The notes below the pieces were generated by a model, which was given only the letters and a program-made list of their open reading frames with translations, made no database searches and was not told where the DNA came from. DNA of 64,000 nt from Stegostoma tigrinum (Eukaryota): positions 34,396,252 to 34,460,251 of the forward strand of contig NC_081378.1 in assembly GCF_030684315.1 (NCBI RefSeq), in the 5' to 3' direction. How positions within the stretch are numbered: position 1 is the first letter of the stretch; the number at the start of each line of letters is the position of its first letter. A program made the translations under genes and the position numbers. Below are positions 23,701 to 38,700 of this stretch, piece by piece.

Positions 23701-26700
23701 CTAAATTGTAAACACTGAAATTGCACCCCAACTCCTAGCCATATTTCACAACAGCTGAAGTCATGCACTTAGTAGCTTATTAGCAAACATTAAAAGTTAA
23801 TTGAAGACTTATTTTGCTAGACTTGAATTTAGACAGCTTGTCGGATTGCTCCATGAGATAAACAGAAATTAGGTTACCATATGAAGCTATAAATTGTTGA
23901 CATTACAAAAAATTTATATTCAAAATTTATTATAATATGGTAAAACTGGTCTTTACAGTGAAATAATTATACTAGCATATTTGCTCTATGCACTTAGGGA
24001 AGGAATTCAGCCCTTCACCAATACCCTTTTAAAAAAATTGAAGTGTTCTTGGAAAGTTTAATGTACTAAAATATGCTTGAATTTGCCACGATACAAATGC
24101 TTTTTGTTGAGAAAACAACCAGGTTAAGTTAATAAAAAGTGGCAAGGCATGCATTTGGATTTTTTTAAAAACAAAAAGCTTCAAATTCAAACAAAATGTT
24201 TCTGTCTCACCTTACTAGAATAGTCTCATTTGCTGACATACTACGGTTTCGTGTTGTAATTTTGAGAGACGACGCAGGTCTTGGTTGTGTTCGTGGAGTG
24301 AATGTTGGAATACCTGACCTACGACGATTTAATGGGGTGGGTAAAGCAGGTAAACGTTTTGTTGCAGATGTTACTGATGCCAGCTTGTTTGTAATGGTAG
24401 GTGTTTGCAGCATTTCTCGAGTAAGTGGTCTATTTGGAGTACGAGCCTCTATACCACTGATGAAAATATTAAAACAATATTAGCAGCCATAAACAGAGAG
24501 TAACCCAACATTCGGAGATAAACATTTCCGCAACCTCACTTCATGACTATAGTTGGAAACTGCCACACAGTCTGCATCCCAAGAGAAATCAGATCCAGCT
24601 TATTGTACAAAGGGGATGAGAAGTTAAGTTTAAAGAGAGATTTTTTTTAGACAAAAAGGGTAAGGGAGGTACAGAGATTTAGGCACAAGATCCAGCAGTT
24701 GAAGGTTCAGCTAAAATTGGAGAGACAAATGGAGATAGAGATGGAAGCTACTGTTTGCTGGATGTAGGGGTGGAGAAAGGAACAGGAAGAGGCTTGTACG
24801 GGTGAGAAAAACAAGGATAATAGCACTGTTTCACGTTCTTCTAATTTCCAATGATGAAAATAAGGCAAGTGACTTTGGAAAAGAAAGGATAGCAAAAGAT
24901 GGATCAGAACCACTTGGGACATAACAAATCAGTATTAATAGACACCTTTATATTTATGGTAGGTGATGGATGACAAACTGACAGAGAATGTCCAGACAGA
25001 ATGTAACAGGTGATAAAACATTGGAAAAAAAAAAGTTGTAGCAGCAGAGGGGAGCCAAAAAGTGCAAACACTGGAGGAATTGACTTTGAAGAGATGATTC
25101 AGTAGCTTCCAAAGAACAACAGGGGTTGAATGTGGGCATTTTTCAGGAAGATTGCGTTGACTTTTAGAGCTAGTATCAATGATGTAGGAAGTGATTTTCA
25201 ATGACAGCTATCGTAGGACAGTAAGTAAAATTGGGCATGATGTATAAAACATGAAACATACAGGTTCAAATGCAAGTCTGGTTGGTGCAGGGGATTATTT
25301 TTGTTCTCCGAGAAGGGAGAGACTTAATGCAATGGTGCAAGTCAATGGCAATCCAAAGCCAAGTTCTCAAGGACAGCACCAATATCCTCAGAATGGATCC
25401 AAAATTGAACTTTAAGCTACATTGAAGGATTGATGAAAGGAATGCCAAGAGAGGAAATGAGAGTCTTTTCCCCCCCGATACTATTATAAAAAGAAAAAAA
25501 GGCAGAAAATGAATGGTCAAAAGTTCAACTAGAATTTTAAAGTGCAACTCAAAGTGATTTGGATATATGTTGCCTTTCTTTCCATCCTCTTTAGGGTGAA
25601 TGCAGGACAAAGTAGGATTAACAGATATGGAATCCGTGCAGCTGATCAGCAATAGAAGATAACCTGATCAGTGATAGATGTACACAGATGTTGAAAAGGT
25701 CAAGATGATGACAAGGCCGAGTCCAAACTGTTATGCCTTCATTAATTATTTGAGCTACCATCAGGAAGGAGCACTGGCACTATTTACCATTGAGGAATAC
25801 GGTCATGTGCCAGTTTTTTTGTTCATTGAAGACTATTCCATTAAGCAAGGTTGTTAAGCTTAAAGTAGAGGCAGTTGGTTCAGGAGAAATAGAAACAGGT
25901 TTAAAAAAAGGAAAAGCTTGATTGTTTTCCAGGAAATTTATGCTGAGAAAGTATGAACGTATTCGTGTGCAATACCACTGAGACAATAACCTAATACTGT
26001 TGGCCAAAAGATTGACTATTTTTTAAAAAATTAAATATGAAGGAACATCTACAAATCAATAATAAGATAACAAAGTGTGAAGCTGGATGAACACTGCAGG
26101 CCAAGAAGCATCTCAGGAGCACAAAAGCTGACGTTTTGGGCCTAGACCCTTCATCAGAGAGGGGGATGGGGTGAGGGAACTGGAATAAATAGGGAGAGAG
26201 GGGGGAGGTGGACCGAAGATGGAGAGAAAACAAGATAGGTGGAGAGGAGAGTGTAGGTGAGGAGGTAGGGAGGGGATAGGTCAGTCCAGGGAAGACAGAC
26301 AGGTCACGGAGGTGGGATGAGGTAGGTAGGAAATGGAGGTGTGGCTTGAGGTGGGAGGAAGGGATGGGTGAGAGGAAGAACAGGTTAGGGAAGCGGAGAC
26401 AGGCTGGGCTGGTTTTGGGATGCAGTGGCGGGGGGTGGGGGGGGGGGGGGGCGGGGAAGAACTGGGTTGGTTTTGGGATGCAGTGGGAGAAGGGGAGAGT
26501 TTGAAGCTTGTGAAGTTCACGTTGATAGCATTGGGCTGCAGGGTTCCCAAGCAGAATAGGAGTCAATAGTCTGATAAATATCCTGTTTTGACATTCTACT
26601 ATAATTAGCAAATTCGTGTTACCTTTCAACTGCACTGCAGGACAACAGCTTCTTTGGTTGTGTTATTTTTTGCCCTGTTGTTGTTCCAGGTGAAGGTGCT

Positions 26701-29700
26701 GAAATTCATAGAAACAATCAATCGTTCCAAAATATGTCAAAATATTCCCTTTTATACCAAAAATAAAAAATGAACCATTATGCAGATAGAGGCCATTAGG
26801 CCCATTGAGTCTGCACTGATCTTCTGAAGAGCAATCCACCCAGACCCAGCACCCCGCAACCTAGCCCCCTAACTCCAGATTTACCATCGCTAACCCACCT
26901 AGCCTGCACATCCACCTAACTTGTACATTCTTTGAATTATGGGATGAAACCTGAAAACACACACAGACACTGGCAGAATGAGCAAACGCCACACAAACAG
27001 TCCCCCAAGGCTGAAATCAAACTCAGTTCCCTGATGCTGTGAGGCAGCAGTGCTAACCACTGAGACACCGTGCTAGCCAAAATAGCCCCACTTTGGTTTC
27101 TGAGCATCAGCTTAATTCACTGTCTCCACAAATATTTCATATTCTTGTTAGTTTAGTTGGCAATTAGGTGTCCCAAGTTCCATGAAAACATACAAAACAA
27201 AATACCCTAGGCCCATATTTATACTGCAAAATGCTTATACTTACCACTGGATCTTTTCACAACTTGGCTATTAACAACAGAAGCTTTGGTCTTTGGGCAC
27301 CGATCCCTCCCCAATGCCTTTACTATTTGGTTTGATTTGACTTTATCAACGTTCATATCAATTAAGCTAATTCTTTGTAAGCTTTTATCGGGAAGACTCT
27401 GTAATCCTGTTCCTTTCTGACTCATCATTCCAGAAGCAGTTATTTTATAAGTATTTGCTGGTTTTAGTGCTGCTCTTGGGGCATCAATTGTACATGTAGA
27501 ACTAGACGACTTGATCTTTGGGCTGGCAATTCTGCTGCTGTTTTTCAAGGCTTGTAGTTTTGATGCATTTGGGCGCATGGTTAGGGACACCGCTGAAAGA
27601 CAAAGCAAAATATTTTTTAAAAAGCAGAATAAAACAACAAAACCGGCTACATTGAATTTGAAAGCAAAATGTATCATTTTTGCAGAAAAGTAAAAAAAAG
27701 CAGCAAAATTTCAGATGCATTTAACCAAACAAAATCCCATATGTTCATACATGATGCTGCATTTAAATAAGCCATTTTTCAAACATATAACCATGTCCAC
27801 TATTTCAGCCGTCCAACTCCAGATTGGAATTTGGATGATCAAAAGAATTATAGATGGACCTTGAGGTATTCAACTGCAGTTTACAAAAGGATATGCTCTT
27901 TTGGCATAAAATTGCCCTTTCAACTCATTATAACTTACACCTTTCAATCTATTAGTGTTTCATTTCTATACCAGCTTCCTGGAATATATTGCTCTAATTA
28001 AGAGATTTACAGCTCAAAAGTAGGAGGCCATTCAACTCTCCATTTCCACATCTGACAACAAGGAGCCATACAGTTTAATTACACTTTCCAGCTCTTGGTT
28101 CATGAAGATGCTAATCCGAGTTGTAATTCAATGCAAGTACCACTTGTCAAAAAATGAGGGAATTGATCATGCTTTCATGTGTCTGACTGTTCCAGAGCAC
28201 GTTTGGAAGAAGTGAATTCAAAGTCAAATTTAATTCCCATTGTAAAACCAAGAATAGCAGAGTTATTTTGAGTGCAGGATAATATGCACATAGTCTAGTC
28301 CGGGACAGAGCTAACGATAACCATTAGGAAAGAGTACATTTTAGGTTATTGAGTAGGTCTGCTATTTCGTTGAATGGGATAACGTGTCATTGCATTGAAG
28401 TAAACAAGGTTCCTCAATTTCATTCCCCATTGAGAGAACAAGTGGCATATGTTTAAAGAGAGTGTTAGACATGAAAACCAAAAGCCATATTCCACAATGT
28501 GAGTTACAAAACATTAAGATTTAAAGTCTGACTTGCCTCTACCACCACTACTGGAATTGTGAAGACGAGAACGGAGACAGGATGAGGTATGGCCGAGAGT
28601 CCTTGCTGCAGAACCAGTACTGTGTTTTGTCATGGAACCTGAAGCTTTAAACCCAGAAACATTTGGCTCGCTGACCTAAAATAAAACCAAAGATATTTTT
28701 CAAATTGTAACGATACAAAGAAAGTTACCATAAGCATTTCTACTCTATTTGATCTCCCAAAACCTATACAAAACCCACGCGAAGTTCAATAGATAACTGT
28801 GGGTGATATAAATTGAGGTAGTGTGGTTTGGCAGGCACATAATACTAGCAAGGTGTAAATCTAGTTGGAGTAGGAGGAACCAAGGGGTGTTGCAGCACAA
28901 AATCTTTAATCACTAAGAATTGCACAACAGTTTAGAAAGGCCATAAGACTAAACAAATATAAAAGCAAGGCTGAATTGCTAGAGAGTGAGAATATAATGA
29001 GAAGTTGTGCTAAAATGTGAATCACTGTTACATGGTTAGGTTACACACGTGCAGATCTGTTCACCATATTAGGAAAAGGAAATTGAGGCATTACAGAGCA
29101 TTATGAGATTAACAAAGGATGATACGAGAAACATAGGTTATATAGAAGAGGAAAAGATTAACAGGCTGGATCTCTGAAGTGATTATGATGGATGAAATAA
29201 TTTAATTCTAAAAAAGATTTCGATACTGTGGGTAGAGATTTAATGTTTAGCTTTGTGGGAACAGCACAACTAGAGGCCATCAATACAAAACAGTCAAAGA
29301 AATCTACTTCAGTAGCATTTCTTCTGCATTCCTGAATACTGATAAAATGGTGAGACTTTTCTACCACAGGAAGGAGCATTTTAAGTAGTACAATTTAATT
29401 TAAACAAAAGAAGCTGGATAATCAAAAGGAAAGAGAGAAAAATCAGATTTAGATGGGAAGAAGGAGGAAGCTCTGGTGTCCATCAAATTTGAGCTGACAT
29501 TTCCTTTGGGAAACAAACACATTTCCCAGGACTTCCAGAACATTCTAGAGTCTTCATATTCTTCACAATGATGTTGCAAAGACCAGTCCTCAATATTTTA
29601 GAGAAAAGGTTTAAAAAAAAAGCATCAAACCTGTAATCATCACTCTGGCACATTATTGCTTTAAGACCTGAAACTATTAGAAGAATGGATTCTTAACGGG

Positions 29701-32700
29701 CAACCTGCTGGCATGTCTCACTTCAAGACTGGAGATTTGATCAAAATTTAGGCTATCCCTGCAGTGAATCACTGCCTAGTGAATTAAGGATATGGAGCAC
29801 AAGATGTCTGACCTCAGCCTTCTTTGCTTGTCTGAAAAAAAAGGTATTTTAGCAAAAGCAAAACAAGGCTACTTCTTCCTCAAAAGAAAAAAAACCCAGC
29901 AAGACCAAAATGAAAAAAATTGGAAAAGAACTGCAATTTTAAAGAGGCATAGCCAAATAAACTGGTTTGAAGGTACTGAACGTAGTATTGTCAAAAATAA
30001 GAATGTTGAAGCTTTTCATCTAACACTCAATTTAAGCAGAAACCCAATGTTTATCCCCATGAGTGGAGTGCACTATTTGATTGTCAAGTGGATTCTGATT
30101 GAGGGAACATAGACCATGTACCATTAACACTGATGATTAACTGTTGAGTTACGTTTAATTTTAATCCAGGCAGTTTGACAGATTTGTCACAGCATTAACC
30201 CAAGCCATGAAACAGCAAATGGCAACCACCTATTATTATTCGGTAGATTTGAAATAGATGCAGAGAGCGTACATGTTCTTTCTACCCACAAAGTCAACAG
30301 TCCTGTGTATCAATATTGGTTTTCCCCTTACATCCAGGGGAGTTCACAGTGCCTCAATGAGATGCGGGTGTAATGCAACTTGTGGCACTCTTCGTCCTTC
30401 TGCAGCTATTTCAGGGTTTTGCCAAAAAGTGAGGGGAAAAAAAAATCCAATTTTATCTCTTATCACCCTTGATCTGCACAACAGCAAGAAATGCAAAATT
30501 CACAGCCACACCGACTCACCTAGCGCTTAAAAGTTGTAAGCTGTGGTTTTTAATCCATCCTTGCTGACTCCTTACAGTAGCTGACTCTTACAGCTCTGAA
30601 ATTCATTCAAACTCAACTTCACCTCATGCATGTGTTCAATGGCTGCCATAAAGAAAAGTGAAAAACTACAGCAGAGGCTACATGACGACAATAAAGGCAG
30701 CCAGAAAACTATGCACAAATATTTCTCTAAACCAGATTAAAAACTGAGTATTCCTCACTGTTGAAGCCATAAAACTAAAATGAATACAGTTCGCTCATGC
30801 ACGCTTTACAAAGAAAGAAAAAAATTGTTCTAAAAAAAACCCGAGATCTTAACCATAAATTTCATATCTGTATTAGGACAGCACAATCTTTGGATTTGTA
30901 CATCACCTAATTCAGGTAAGTGGGTAGAGCAACAAGTCTTATCTTGATTACTATAAAGTCTACTGTTGAACATATGAAGATTGTTCATTGAACTAACTTT
31001 TCATACAGATGGCTTCTTATTCATTATATAGGGTATTTTTTTTTTTAAAATTGGTGCTGCATTCCTGAAAATTACAATTTTAGGTGAAGCATTGAAGGAA
31101 TCTATTAAAAATTACATTTAGATTTCATACAGCCTTGAAAAGAAAAGCAGCATTATCCTAGAACCCTCCAAGATGAAATAAATATCATTTGTATATTAAG
31201 TGGCTAAATTCCAAACTAAAAAGTTTGATAAGTAATAAAAAGGAAATATGTCCTCTACTCACAGTACCTCACTTTAGTGGACTGAATAGAACAAGGGAGA
31301 AAAGTGGGAAAGAAAAGATTTGGTACAGCTCAGGCATTGTTCTTATTGGCCAAGGTGTAACACGAAGCCTATTGTTATTCCGCACCACATGGTGGCTGCA
31401 ACATGTCACTTTTACACACAACATGGACACCCACAAAGCCCACAAGTTCCAATGCTGTTTGCTGTTGAATAAGTGACTCCAGCTATTATTCCATAGCTGG
31501 TGAAGGGCCAACAATTCACTCTTAGAGCCAAAAGCATGAGAATAGGGAGGAGAATCACTTGTGTTGGAAGTATTAGCAGCAGCATCCTGGAGATTGTCTA
31601 AAGTATCATTTAATTGTTTCATTCTGCAGAGTCTCACCTAGTTCCTGACTTAGGCTGAACGAGGATACAGATACAAAAAAAAAAAAAAATCAGTAATTCT
31701 TAAAAAAAAATTCCTTAGTGCAATGTGGGCATCACTTGCTATGTCAACATTTATTGTCCACACAGTAGGGACTCTGGAGTTAGACATCTGCCAGACCAGG
31801 TAAGGACAATAGGATTTCTTCCTTGAAGGACATTGGAAAAGTTTGTACAGCGATCAACATTGATTACATGGCCACCATTACAGGCCAAGACAGCTCTTTA
31901 TCCTAGTTTTATTAAACTCAACTTTCACCATCTGCCTTGATGGGATTTGAACCCGTGTCTCAGAATATTTGCCTGCATTTCTAGATTGTTGGTCCAGTGT
32001 CATTACCACTCCGCTTCCCTCCCTGACCAAATCAGTACTACAGAATTTTACATTTTACAAAGTATTCAGGATTGATGCTTTGCTTACAACAGCAAACACA
32101 AAAGAATTACAGTAAAATATTCAAACTTCATAAAATAGATGAAAATTCCATATTTTAAAACCAATGACCTTTTTACTATTGCCAACCATAAGATCAACAG
32201 CTGCAATACAAATATTCCAGCACTTTGAGAGCTAATATTTTATACCAAGCAATCATTTGGCTGTAGTAATTAGCTAAGGACTGGCGATTGGCTTACAGAA
32301 GGGCATAACTTGCATACAGGTGATGCAAACAAATACATACTGTATTAATGGCATTCCTAGCTTGTAAATCCTTTCCCAATAAAATTGAAGAAACAGAGGT
32401 CACAACAGCCATTTTGCACAGATTTCAATCTGCTCTGCAGAATGAATGGGTCAGATTTAAAAACAAAAAGAAACTCGAGCCAGGACTTCCCAAAGTGGAT
32501 GTTAGGATGCCAAGTCAGATTACAAACTGAGCTTTTGGTGTCACAAGCTCCAATGCCACAACGCAACAATGGCAGGCTCCCCTCATCCTGCTCACGTGGG
32601 CTATTTTCCCCCCCCCCCCTCCAAAACTCCACAACTCACTGAGGGCTCATGATAATTATAGGCTTCAAACATAGGGGCAAAGCTGGGAAGGAATGCAGTA

Positions 32701-35700
32701 ACCACATGTTTAAAAGAAGACAAAGTCACTGTGGTATTTTATTTGATTTTGCATAACACAATAGTTGGATGTTTAATTGTTGTCTAGTGGATAAAGCTCA
32801 TTCAGCATCTGAACCTGTAAGCAACCAAAAACCACTGAAAAAAAAATTGTATTATTTACTCTCAACAGGAATAAAATTTTCATCCAGACTTGGACTCCAA
32901 AGCTGAATCAGATAACTAAACCATTCAAAAAGGAAAACAAGAACTATCATCGAACCACGTAACCATCCAAATAACCTGAAACCAACAATCACAAAATCAG
33001 TTACATTTCTTTAAGGATCTCTTGCTTTAGGCAAGTTCAATAACTAACATTTAGAACATGCTGAAGAGTTACACAGTATTATTTTCATATTAGAAATGTT
33101 TGGATAAATAAATCTTCCATATAACAAGCTCGTTGAGTGAACAAGAGTGGGATTGTGACAGAGGATTTCTAGTTCCTGTATAGAAATTTACCTACTTTTT
33201 ACCCAACGAAGGTAATTCATAGTGTGTGGCAGAGGTTCATAGTGGTGGTACTACAAATTCAGCAGGATACTGCCCAATACAGAAAAGAAGCACTAGAGCA
33301 ATTAAACTATTTTAGATTAGGATTGAAATTACAATGTAATAGATGTGCAGAACTGTAAAGATCGGGGGAATTTCGATCAGCACTATTTTTAGAAACAAAT
33401 CTAAAATGAGGCAATACAAAATAAGGGAGGTTTTTAAAAAAAAACACAAAGTTGATTTATAGTTACTTCATCAGTCACTTTTTGATACGGAAAACCAAAG
33501 GGTGGCAGACTGGTTAGCACTGCAACCACACAGCAGCAGGGACCTGGGTTCGATCCCAGCCTTGGAGGAGTCTGTGTGAAGTTTTCACATTCTCCCCGGA
33601 TCTACATGAGTTTCCACTGGGTCCTCTGGTTTATTCCCACATTCAAATGATGTGTGGTTAGGTGGTTTGGCCATGGTAAGCGCAGGGTTACAGTGATAGG
33701 GTTTGGGTGGGATCCTCAGAGTCAGTGCAGACTTGATGGGCCAAATTACCTTTTCCTGCCTTGTAGGATTCAATGATTCTACCCTGTCAACACTTCATTA
33801 GGTTAGATAAGTGGTTGAGGAAAATTATAAAGTAGCATTTCCACCCCCCCACCCCCAAAAGTAATTCTACACATGCACTGGGTGGTGGCTAAGCCGATTT
33901 AGAGTTCCATATAAAAGCATGAAATTTTTTTTAAAAAGTTCTCAAAACAAGCATTATTCAATTTAAATGCCGTCGAATGAAAACTTAACCACTGGATTTG
34001 AGAGATTGCTTTATTGGCATCATGGAAGGGGGCTTACAAATTATAGCTCAAATTTTTCCGTGAATGTTTGTGTCGGACGTTAAAAGGTCCCTACTAGAAA
34101 CTAATCTTTCTGAAAAAAAAAAGGGGGTCAGGAATGGAAGGAGGAGCAAATTATCTGGATCTCAGTGAATCTACCAACAAAATTATGGGGGTCAGAACCA
34201 GAAAATCTAAGTGCCACAACAAAAAAAGTTAACAGGTAGTTTTGAGGAATGGACAGTATTGTGTTTATACAGCAGGATCACAAAGGTGATGACCAGATCT
34301 TGCTCTTGCTGTAAAACTAAAAATATTTACTACAACAGCACAAACACTTGTATCCAGCCGATCACACTTACCAAAATGGTTAACATACATTAACATTAAC
34401 TCAACTGCAACAGTTAAATAACTTTATGGTTTTTGCAATGACACGTTGCTAGGGTTGTGGGCAAGGTTGTTAACTTGCTCGCCGAGATGGCTTGTTTTCA
34501 TTCAGATGCTTTTGCACCATGCTAAGTGACATCATCAGTGAGGGCTCTGAAGAAGTGATGTTGTTCTACTCTGCTTGGGATTTATACTGTCCGATCTGTT
34601 ATGGTAAATTGTGTCATTTCTGGTTCTGTTGTATATGGCATCCAATTCTATGTGTTTGTTGATTACATTATAGGGTTGAGAACCATGCCTGTAGGAATTC
34701 CTGAGGGTGTCCATGTTTGGCTTGGGCTACTATGGTTATGTTGGGAAAGTTCGTCATGTCGTTTTGCTGCTAGCCAATAAATTCCAAGTGGAGTAGAACA
34801 AAATCTCTTCATCGGAAACCTCACTGATAATGTTACTAGCATGGAGACAAAATGTCTGAATGAAAACAAGCCAGCTTGGCAAGCAAGTCAACAACAACCT
34901 CACTGAAGTTATTTGACAAGCCTCTAGTATTGGTTTAAATTGAGTTGCTTTACAAGGTAGAAAGCTGCTCACCTTTTCTGATGTAATGTATTTTGTTGGT
35001 GCACATTTTGATTGTTCAACTGATGGATTTTCTTTTAAAGTGTTGTTCTCAGTACAAGGCACATCATTATTCACGAATGATGAATTTCCACAGTTCTGCT
35101 GGGGCTGCATTAAAGAGTTGGTTTCCAGGATAGCAGTTTTCATTGGTTTTAACTGAAAGCTAGGTTGAGCCTCTAAGGAATTAACCTGCAGACGTTTCTG
35201 GATCGCAGGTGGAAGTAACCTCAATGGGCTATCTTGAACTACAAAAGTTTCTCTTCTTGCACAACTTGGGCTGCTCATACCCTTTAGAAGGGTTAGTTTT
35301 AATTTAGATTCCTCAATAAATTGTTCCACTATTTTATTGTGAGTCATTTGATTTCCCATTTTCTTACACTTTCCCTCCATCTGGTTTTCAAGGTGATGTG
35401 CTAATAAGTTGGCTTCTTTGGAAACTTCAAAGAACTGGTCTGTGTTCAAAGGACTCCAATTCCCAGTCTCTGTGGCCTTGGAACATTTCTCTTCCTTGCA
35501 ACTTAAATCAATTCCAACAGAGACACATTTTTCCACATGACGAACTGGTCCAAGAAAAACTTCATCATCATCATCACTTTTTCCACTAGGAAACAAAAAT
35601 GTTCCTAGTTTAAGATTTTATAATTACTTTTCGACATATAGTTCATATGCTTAAAGCTTGAAAATCCCTCAAATCGAGCATACTACTAAAAAAAACTTAA

Positions 35701-38700
35701 GCTCCTCACTGCTTAAGGTCACATACCAATGGCCCTAACTAGTTCCATTACTGTAGAACCAGTTCTAGACAGTGGCTGTGAACACCACTGTTTCCTCTCC
35801 TTCCCAGAAAAAGGAAAGTCTGCTATGCATTTTACACAAGCACAATGTAATATATGCAGATTTGGTACAAATGTACATGTTAATTCTAATAATCTGTCCT
35901 TTCTGTTCCCATTTTAATAATTATACCAAAAGGCAAAAGGCGCAGATTATGCTCTTGTACTTTATTTAAATGGCAACACCACAGAGTCCTGATAAAGGAT
36001 CCCAACCCAAAGCATCGACTTTCTTGCTCCTCCGAGGCTTCCTGACCTGCTGCGTTCATCGAACTCCACACCATATCGACCATATATAGATGGTCTGGGT
36101 AGCAAGTATGGGCAAGCTATTTTGGTTTAGAAGGATGTGGCACAGCCATGGCAGAACAAAATCCTGTTCTTGCCAACAGGTATAATCTGACATTTTCTAG
36201 AAAATTCACTGATTGAGATCAATGTCACCACCTGATTATTCAATTGGATCACCTTTTACAAATATTAAAGGTCTAAAAAATTAGGCCTAAAATTGATTTA
36301 TAACTAATTGAAGGAACATGCTCGTTTTGCTAATTTCCTGATAACCTATCATGATATACGAAATTTGCAGGTCAGACAGCACAATGAATAAAATTCAAAA
36401 TAGGCAGAAGTTTCTTAATCCCACATTTTTTTCCCACTGCAGAGATATTGTCTTACATGCCGAGTGTCGCCAATTCCTTTGTTTTTATTTCAGTTTCCAG
36501 ATTGAATGATTTGCCTGGATAACATTAAACACTGACATTTTACCTCTCGGCTTCAACTTTCTGTTCTTAAAGCAAAAGGCTGGTCTCTTTTGAACTTGGT
36601 CAGAAGAGATTTCCAACATTTTGCATCATCTTCCTTGCCCTAGACTGCCATCTATGAAGGGCAGCATTGTGGCAAACAACGTTTTACTCACGATTCCAGA
36701 CATTGGTTAACCAAAGGTCATGTGGTAGTATTACGTTTTATCCTTCTAAGACAAGGCCTCAACATCAGCAAAAAGATATGGTCAGTTTATTTCACACCCT
36801 TCATTTGGATTCCTTGGTGCAAAAATAAATTTAATATTTAAACTAGATAAGCATTTTTTAAAAAATCTGTGGACATGGCAACTAATGAAAGTGTTATTTG
36901 TAACCATTGAAGCCTTCAGCTTTGCACACAAAACTCATTTGGTTTGAAAGTTTCTATGTGCAACCATCTTTTGGTTAAATTTTTTTTAAAGAAGGTAACA
37001 CACTTCATATTGTCATTAAATGTCTTTGAATTGAACTCAACATATATCTAGTGCAACTGGAATACTGCATCTTGTTTGTCTGCCATAGCAATAACAGGTA
37101 TGAGAAAAGCAAACAAAATAGAAAAAAAAATTGACTTTTCCAGCAAGTTGTTTTGTTTCCGACTTCCAGAATCCACAGTCCTTTATTTAATGAGAAAAGC
37201 AAAAACACTTACCTTGCAGGAGATAACAGAATATCAAAGTCAGAATTCTCTTCAGATAAAAGATTGAAATCTGAAAATACAAAGTTACATGTTGCTGAAG
37301 TGAATTAACTGAACAGAAATACATGGAATACCATTATCAATAATGAGAGGGCATCAGATGAATCATGAATGCAGGTGGGCAGGGTCTGGACAAGTGGAAA
37401 GAGGGCGGAGTCACAATAGGAGGAAATAAGCTTGGTGGGGCAGGAACAGGCCGATACAACGGGTCTACTGGGGCTGCCTGGTTTGTGGATTTTGGGAAGG
37501 AGGGAAGTGAGCTGTCCGGGGTTGGAAGGTGATAAAGGTTCCGGGGGGGGGGAGTCTTCGGAGGTAACAAGATTGGTGACAGGCCTTTTCCCACGTAGAG
37601 AGAAACATACAACAGTAACTGTCCTCCAGTAACAAAACATGCCAAACAATGATCAGAATCTCCTTCATATCCTCCACTTTTCCTCCAAGTATCTTTTGGA
37701 TCTAACTTGCATCCTTTAGCATTTCCTCTCCTACTGTTTATACCATCAAACGTTACACAAAGTCTACTTCCTCAGCTACAATGTTTGCACTACCCCCAGC
37801 AATGTACCCATCAAGACAAGATACGGACAAGTAGGAAAGATTTAGTGGGATGTGGGCCAAACGCAGGCAAATGAGACTAGTTTATTTTGGGAAAAGCTGG
37901 TCAGTATGGACTTGTTGGACTGAAAAAGTCTGTTTCCACACTGCATGACTATAATTGCTCTATCTATAAGAAACATGTCCATATTTTCCACCTTCACACC
38001 CAAGTTTCATCTTTGGCTTTCAATTAGCTTCACTGTTTCCATAGTTAATCTCTCACTTTTTGTGTATTCATAAAAACCATAGTGGCACCTCAAATTTCAC
38101 CTCATTGCCACTGGCACTTCCACCTCTCCCAAAATGCAATTTCCACATGTCTCTATTAATCTGTATCAGAAGTTTGACACCCTTCAGCCAGTCAATTTCT
38201 TAAACTCAAAATGTATCCCAAAATTTCTTCAGCCTTATCAAATATCAGTTAAAGCCAATGACTAAATTTACCCGATTATTGTATTAGGTGTACATTCAGT
38301 ACAAGCAATTTAGTTCATGCATGGTGAAGTGACCTTTTCTGCCACTTTTCTGTGTGCCCAGCAGCTTCTTTTTAAATAGTGGCTAGTATCTCTCCAATTA
38401 CTGTGGGAGGCATAGATCACCTAAAAAGATTTACTAGTGATATATTAGCTCAAGAATGCAATTTTATTTATAAAAATCAAAGTTATTTTTGCATAGATTA
38501 CTATTTTATGGAGTCTATATTGAACATGGGAAGGAACAATTCAAGATAAGTACTAAACTGCATTCATTCACTGTTTCATACATTTAATCTTTTATGATTC
38601 AACTTTGTGTATTTTACCTTTGCTTCTCCTTCAGTCTTTCATCCCATCTGAATCACTATACTTTGATTACCTTGGAGAATTTTCTACACCTCTATACTTG

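Noticed and set aside
26428-26457. Long G-run as a functional G-quadruplex
   Set aside because: Homopolymer expansion inside a PLE 3' UTR; length is prone to sequencing error.
31269-31660. 122-aa ORF and a 17-nt candidate micro-exon in a GTSE1 intron
   Set aside because: The micro-exon would break phase with the next exon; the ORF has no recognisable homology or suitable splice sites.
33500-33560. tRNA-like sequences (also near 27020-27075 and 57470-57530)
   Set aside because: They are SINE heads that continue into SINE bodies and do not form complete cloverleafs.
38618-38650. Candidate GTSE1 start exon ending AAAG|gtaaaa
   Set aside because: In-frame TGA in the required phase; 39141-39162 fits instead.
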